Shown here piece after piece: positions 60,835 to 64,000 of a stretch of DNA of 64,000 bases (positions are counted from its first letter, which is position 1; each line of letters opens with the position of its first letter). The notes beneath the pieces were generated by a model. That model searched no databases, was not told the DNA's origin, and worked only from the letters and a program-made list of their open reading frames with translations. A program made the position numbers and the translations under genes. Origin of the DNA: Prochlorococcus sp. AG-402-G19 (GTDB lineage Bacteria > Cyanobacteriota > Cyanobacteriia > PCC-6307 > Cyanobiaceae); the NCBI GenBank assembly GCA_003279455.1, contig QCHU01000003.1, positions 12,367 through 76,366 of the forward strand, in the 5' to 3' direction.

Positions 60835-61533
60835 ATGAAAAAAGATTGGGTTTTTCCTAAAGCATTTTTGTTTGATCTTGATGGAGTTTTAATTAATTCA
60901 GAACCCTTACATGGACAGGCATGGAAAGAAACCGCTGCGTTTTTTGATCTGAATCTAACTCAAAGCCAACTAAAACTCTTAAGAGGCAGAAGAAGAATTG
61001 ATTGTGCCAATGAATTGCTTAAATTGATTCCTAAGAAAGTTAAGCCAGAAGACTTACTAAAACTACATAAACCCATTTCAAGAAAGCTCATCCTCACTGC
61101 ACAAGCAATGCCAGGTGGAGAGAGTTTAGTCAAAAGGTGCTACGAACACAATATCCCAATGGCACTAGTGACAAGTAGTAGCAATGAATCTGTCGATATT
61201 AAAACTTCCCCTCATGAATGGATGAATCTGTTTTCTATTAGGGTTCTTGGTGATGATGAAAAACTATTTAAAGGAAAACCTGCCCCTGATCCATATCTTT
61301 TAGCTGCTGAAAAATTAAACATTGCTCCTCATGATTGCTGGGCTGTTGAAGATTCAATTTCTGGTGTATCTTCAGCACTTAAAGCAGGATGTTTTGTTTT
61401 CTTTTTAAAAGAAAACAGTGATGAACTTCCGAAACAAGAATTTTTTGAACAAAACAAAAATTTAAGCGAAATAAATCATTTAGAAGAAATTGAGAAAATA
61501 TTAAATGACTATCTGATTAATAAAGCCTGCTAA
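60835..61533 (+). CDS. HAD-family phosphatase
   Basis: FDLDGVL, LVTSS, GKPAPDPY, VEDS..G. Confidence 0.9.
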   Translation: MKKDWVFPKAFLFDLDGVLINSEPLHGQAWKETAAFFDLNLTQSQLKLLRGRRRIDCANELLKLIPKKVKPEDLLKLHKPISRKLILTAQAMPGGESLVKRCYEHNIPMALVTSSSNESVDIKTSPHEWMNLFSIRVLGDDEKLFKGKPAPDPYLLAAEKLNIAPHDCWAVEDSISGVSSALKAGCFVFFLKENSDELPKQEFFEQNKNLSEINHLEEIEKILNDYLINKAC

Positions 61534-62488
61534 TAACGAATTCAGGCAATTCAAGCAATGCTTTTTTTGATGGTGAATCTGGTAACCAAGAAATTGAATC
61601 TTTAGACTCTGAAGCAAATTTCTCTGCTAATTCTCTTGATTTCCTAATGGCGCAAGAATCCCTTACAAGAGAAAGAGCCTTATCAAGATCATCTTTTTGG
61701 GAGAATTTACCATTAATTAATTCGCCAAGAGTTGGATTCTCCTCCAACGCATAGAAAACTGGTGCTGTAAGATAACCACTTTGTAGATCACTTGCAGCTG
61801 GTTTCCCTAACTGTTGATCATTCCCTGTAAAATCGAGAATATCATCAACAACTTGAAAAGCTAATCCTAATTGTCTTCCATAGTAATAAAGCGAATCTAA
61901 ACTCTCTTGATTTACATCGGATAAAACACCAATAGCCTTTGAGCTATTAGCAATAAGTGAAGCTGTTTTACAATAACTTTTCTCTAAATAACCCTCAAAG
62001 GATTGACTAGAGTCAAATCTATTTAGGCCCTGTTTTATTTCTCCTTCAGCTAGATCCATAATTACCCTGCTTAATAATTTCACAACATCTAAATTCTCAA
62101 GATTTGCTAAATGCCAACTCGCCTGTGCAAATAAAAAATCCCCTGCAAGTACAGCTATTCTCGAATCAAATCGGCTATGTACGGTTTCAACACCTCTTCG
62201 GATATCTGCTTCATCAACAACGTCATCGTGCACAAGGGAAGCGGTATGGATCATCTCCGTGATTTGGGCTAATTTTCTATGCTTCAAAGGAAGATCCTTT
62301 TCAGTAGTCAAGGCTCTTGAAATCAATAGGACAATTCCAGGTCTTAAACGTTTTCCGCCTGCACTAAAAAGGTGTTCTGCAGCAGCCTGCAAAATAGGGT
62401 GTCCAGCACCTATAAGGCTGCGTAGATCCAAAAGCAATGCTTCTAGATCAAGTTCTACAGGTTGAAGAATTTCCGTGACTGTGGTCAT
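61517..62488 (-). CDS. sds: solanesyl diphosphate synthase
   Basis: GGKRLRP, HTASLVHDDVVD, KTASL, FQVVDDILD; ATG at 62488 (MTTVTE) preferred. Confidence 0.92.
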   Translation of the reverse strand: MTTVTEILQPVELDLEALLLDLRSLIGAGHPILQAAAEHLFSAGGKRLRPGIVLLISRALTTEKDLPLKHRKLAQITEMIHTASLVHDDVVDEADIRRGVETVHSRFDSRIAVLAGDFLFAQASWHLANLENLDVVKLLSRVIMDLAEGEIKQGLNRFDSSQSFEGYLEKSYCKTASLIANSSKAIGVLSDVNQESLDSLYYYGRQLGLAFQVVDDILDFTGNDQQLGKPAASDLQSGYLTAPVFYALEENPTLGELINGKFSQKDDLDKALSLVRDSCAIRKSRELAEKFASESKDSISWLPDSPSKKALLELPEFVISRLY

Positions 62489-62510
62489 AAAACCGCTATG
62501 CTTTTTGATC

Positions 62511-63308
62511 TTAAGAGACACAACCCTTCTTCTGCAGTGAAACGAGATTAACTTCAGGAAACAAGTTTAACCACTGCTTAGCTTTGAGAGAAAAATATTT
62601 ATGATCGGAGGTTGCATAAAACTTTGAATCAATTAAAAATTTTTTCTTTGAAAAATTGCTCATTTTTGAATCTATAAACAACTTTAATTTCAAAGAAAGA
62701 GCTTCAGCAGGGTCTACCAATTTAACACTGGACGGTAAAATCTTAGTGATTAAAGGGGTTATGAGAGGATAATGACTACATCCAAGAATTAAAGTATCAA
62801 TTTTTTGATTTAAAAGAGGTTGTAAATATCCAATTGCAACATTAGTAAGATCCTCTGAATTAATCTTATCCATTTCAATCATTGGTACAAATTCCGGACA
62901 TGGCTGCTCAATTACAAAAGTTCTTGGCTTAAATTCTAAAATCGCATTTGTATAAGCCTTTGTTCTAACTGTAGAGGGAGTAGCCATAACACCCACTCTT
63001 GATTCTTGGATAGTTGAGGCAACAGAACCAATCAAGTCAAAAACAGGAACATCTAAATTTTTCTTCAGCAAATCCAATGCTATTGCATTAGTTGTGTTGC
63101 AAGCAACCAAAAAAGCATCGATATTTTGCTTGCTAAACCAAAACGAAATTTCTTCAGCAATTTGAAAGATCTCATCGGTTGTTTTTAATCCATAAGGAAG
63201 TCTGGCCGTATCAGCCAAATATATAAATGAAGAATTTGGACATAATTCAATAACCTTTTTTAAAACCGTGAAGCCTCCAACACCACTATCAAATAATCCA
63301 ATTCGCAT
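62511..63308 (-). CDS. murI: glutamate racemase
   Basis: FDSGVGG, DTARLPYG, ACNT, LGCSHYP. Confidence 0.96.
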   Translation of the reverse strand: MRIGLFDSGVGGFTVLKKVIELCPNSSFIYLADTARLPYGLKTTDEIFQIAEEISFWFSKQNIDAFLVACNTTNAIALDLLKKNLDVPVFDLIGSVASTIQESRVGVMATPSTVRTKAYTNAILEFKPRTFVIEQPCPEFVPMIEMDKINSEDLTNVAIGYLQPLLNQKIDTLILGCSHYPLITPLITKILPSSVKLVDPAEALSLKLKLFIDSKMSNFSKKKFLIDSKFYATSDHKYFSLKAKQWLNLFPEVNLVSLQKKGCVS

Positions 63309-63310
63309 CC

Positions 63311-64000
63311 TTAATTCGAGACCTTGAGATAATTCAGTATTCCCTTTGCAATAGCAAAAGACATTTTATCTCTGTAACTTTTTTGACGTAATAAATTTGC
63401 ATCATACATGCCAGTAACAAATCCAATCTCGACTAAAGCTGCGGGCATAGAAGTTTTTCTAATCACATAAAAGCGAGATCTACGAACCCCCCTATCAGGA
63501 CTTTGAGGAGAAAAAATTAAAATCTGTTTTTGAATATTTTTTGCTAGAGAATAGCCTTTAAACCCAGAGTAATAATAAGTCTCTAAACCATTTACATCTT
63601 TTCGCCTCCCTCTTGTTGCATTTGCATGAATACTTACAAAAGCATCTGCTTTTGAATTATTGGCTTTAGTTACTCTGGGTTGCAAGTCTAATGTTCTCTC
63701 ATAGTTCCTAGTGAGTAATGTTTTAACCCCTTTTTTTGATAGGAATCCTGAAACACTCTTTGAAACCTCTAAAACAATATCAGTCTCTCGTAACCCATTT
63801 ATTCCAACAGCTCCAGGATCTGTTCCACCATGACCTGGATCTAAAACAACCTTATACTTTCCATACGGGACATTAGGCAAGGAGGAAATATCTAAATCTT
63901 CATTCTTTATTTTTTCATAAGTTCTCTTTATGGAGTTTCTTAAGATATTACCCTCTTCTATAGAACGAAAAGAATTACTTTCTAAGCCAATTAATTTCAA
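63311..64000 (-). CDS. N-acetylmuramoyl-L-alanine amidase (5' part outside the window)
   Basis: VLDPGHGG.DPGA, SIHANA, GLETY, ALVEIGF. Confidence 0.92.
   Translation of the reverse strand: MKLIGLESNSFRSIEEGNILRNSIKRTYEKIKNEDLDISSLPNVPYGKYKVVLDPGHGGTDPGAVGINGLRETDIVLEVSKSVSGFLSKKGVKTLLTRNYERTLDLQPRVTKANNSKADAFVSIHANATRGRRKDVNGLETYYYSGFKGYSLAKNIQKQILIFSPQSPDRGVRRSRFYVIRKTSMPAALVEIGFVTGMYDANLLRQKSYRDKMSFAIAKGILNYLKVSN

Overview
AT-rich, densely packed chromosomal segment of a marine picocyanobacterium. The pcb antenna gene, CrtL-type lycopene cyclase, class II nrdJ, core phnDCE and overall gene order point to Prochlorococcus, probably a low-light lineage (inference). Most of it is housekeeping: nadA, ctpA, ispG, aspC, phnDCE, rsmE, hslO, prfC, nrdJ with tandem NrdR boxes, tRNA-Ser(UGA), cbiX, metA/metY, stpA, arsS, fur, mscS, crtL, gltS, pcb, ugd, hisS, acs, sds, murI and an amidase. 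There are two looser accessory patches: downstream of tRNA-Ser (cell-envelope glycosyltransferases) and upstream of pcb (small ORFs including an excisionase-like HTH). No CRISPR, rRNA, transposase or integrase was seen. The best candidate for an undescribed system is at 36.5-41.6 kb. A 513-aa 'hypothetical' protein aligns by eye, motif for motif, with NAD(P)H-dependent glycerol-3-phosphate dehydrogenase (GpsA). It sits 10 nt from a small-molecule kinase gene and divergent from stpA (glucosylglycerol-phosphate phosphatase, with no ggpS in the window) and arsS. Other leads: a DUF2811 RHH-like gene next to a GAGWC/DnaA-box-like motif array, genes needing non-canonical start codons, long perfect inverted repeats in divergent promoters, a tRNA trailer that can pair with the tRNA's own 3' strand, an RBS-occluding hairpin at crtL, and small ORFs missing from the ORF track. 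All family calls come from motif recognition without database searches.
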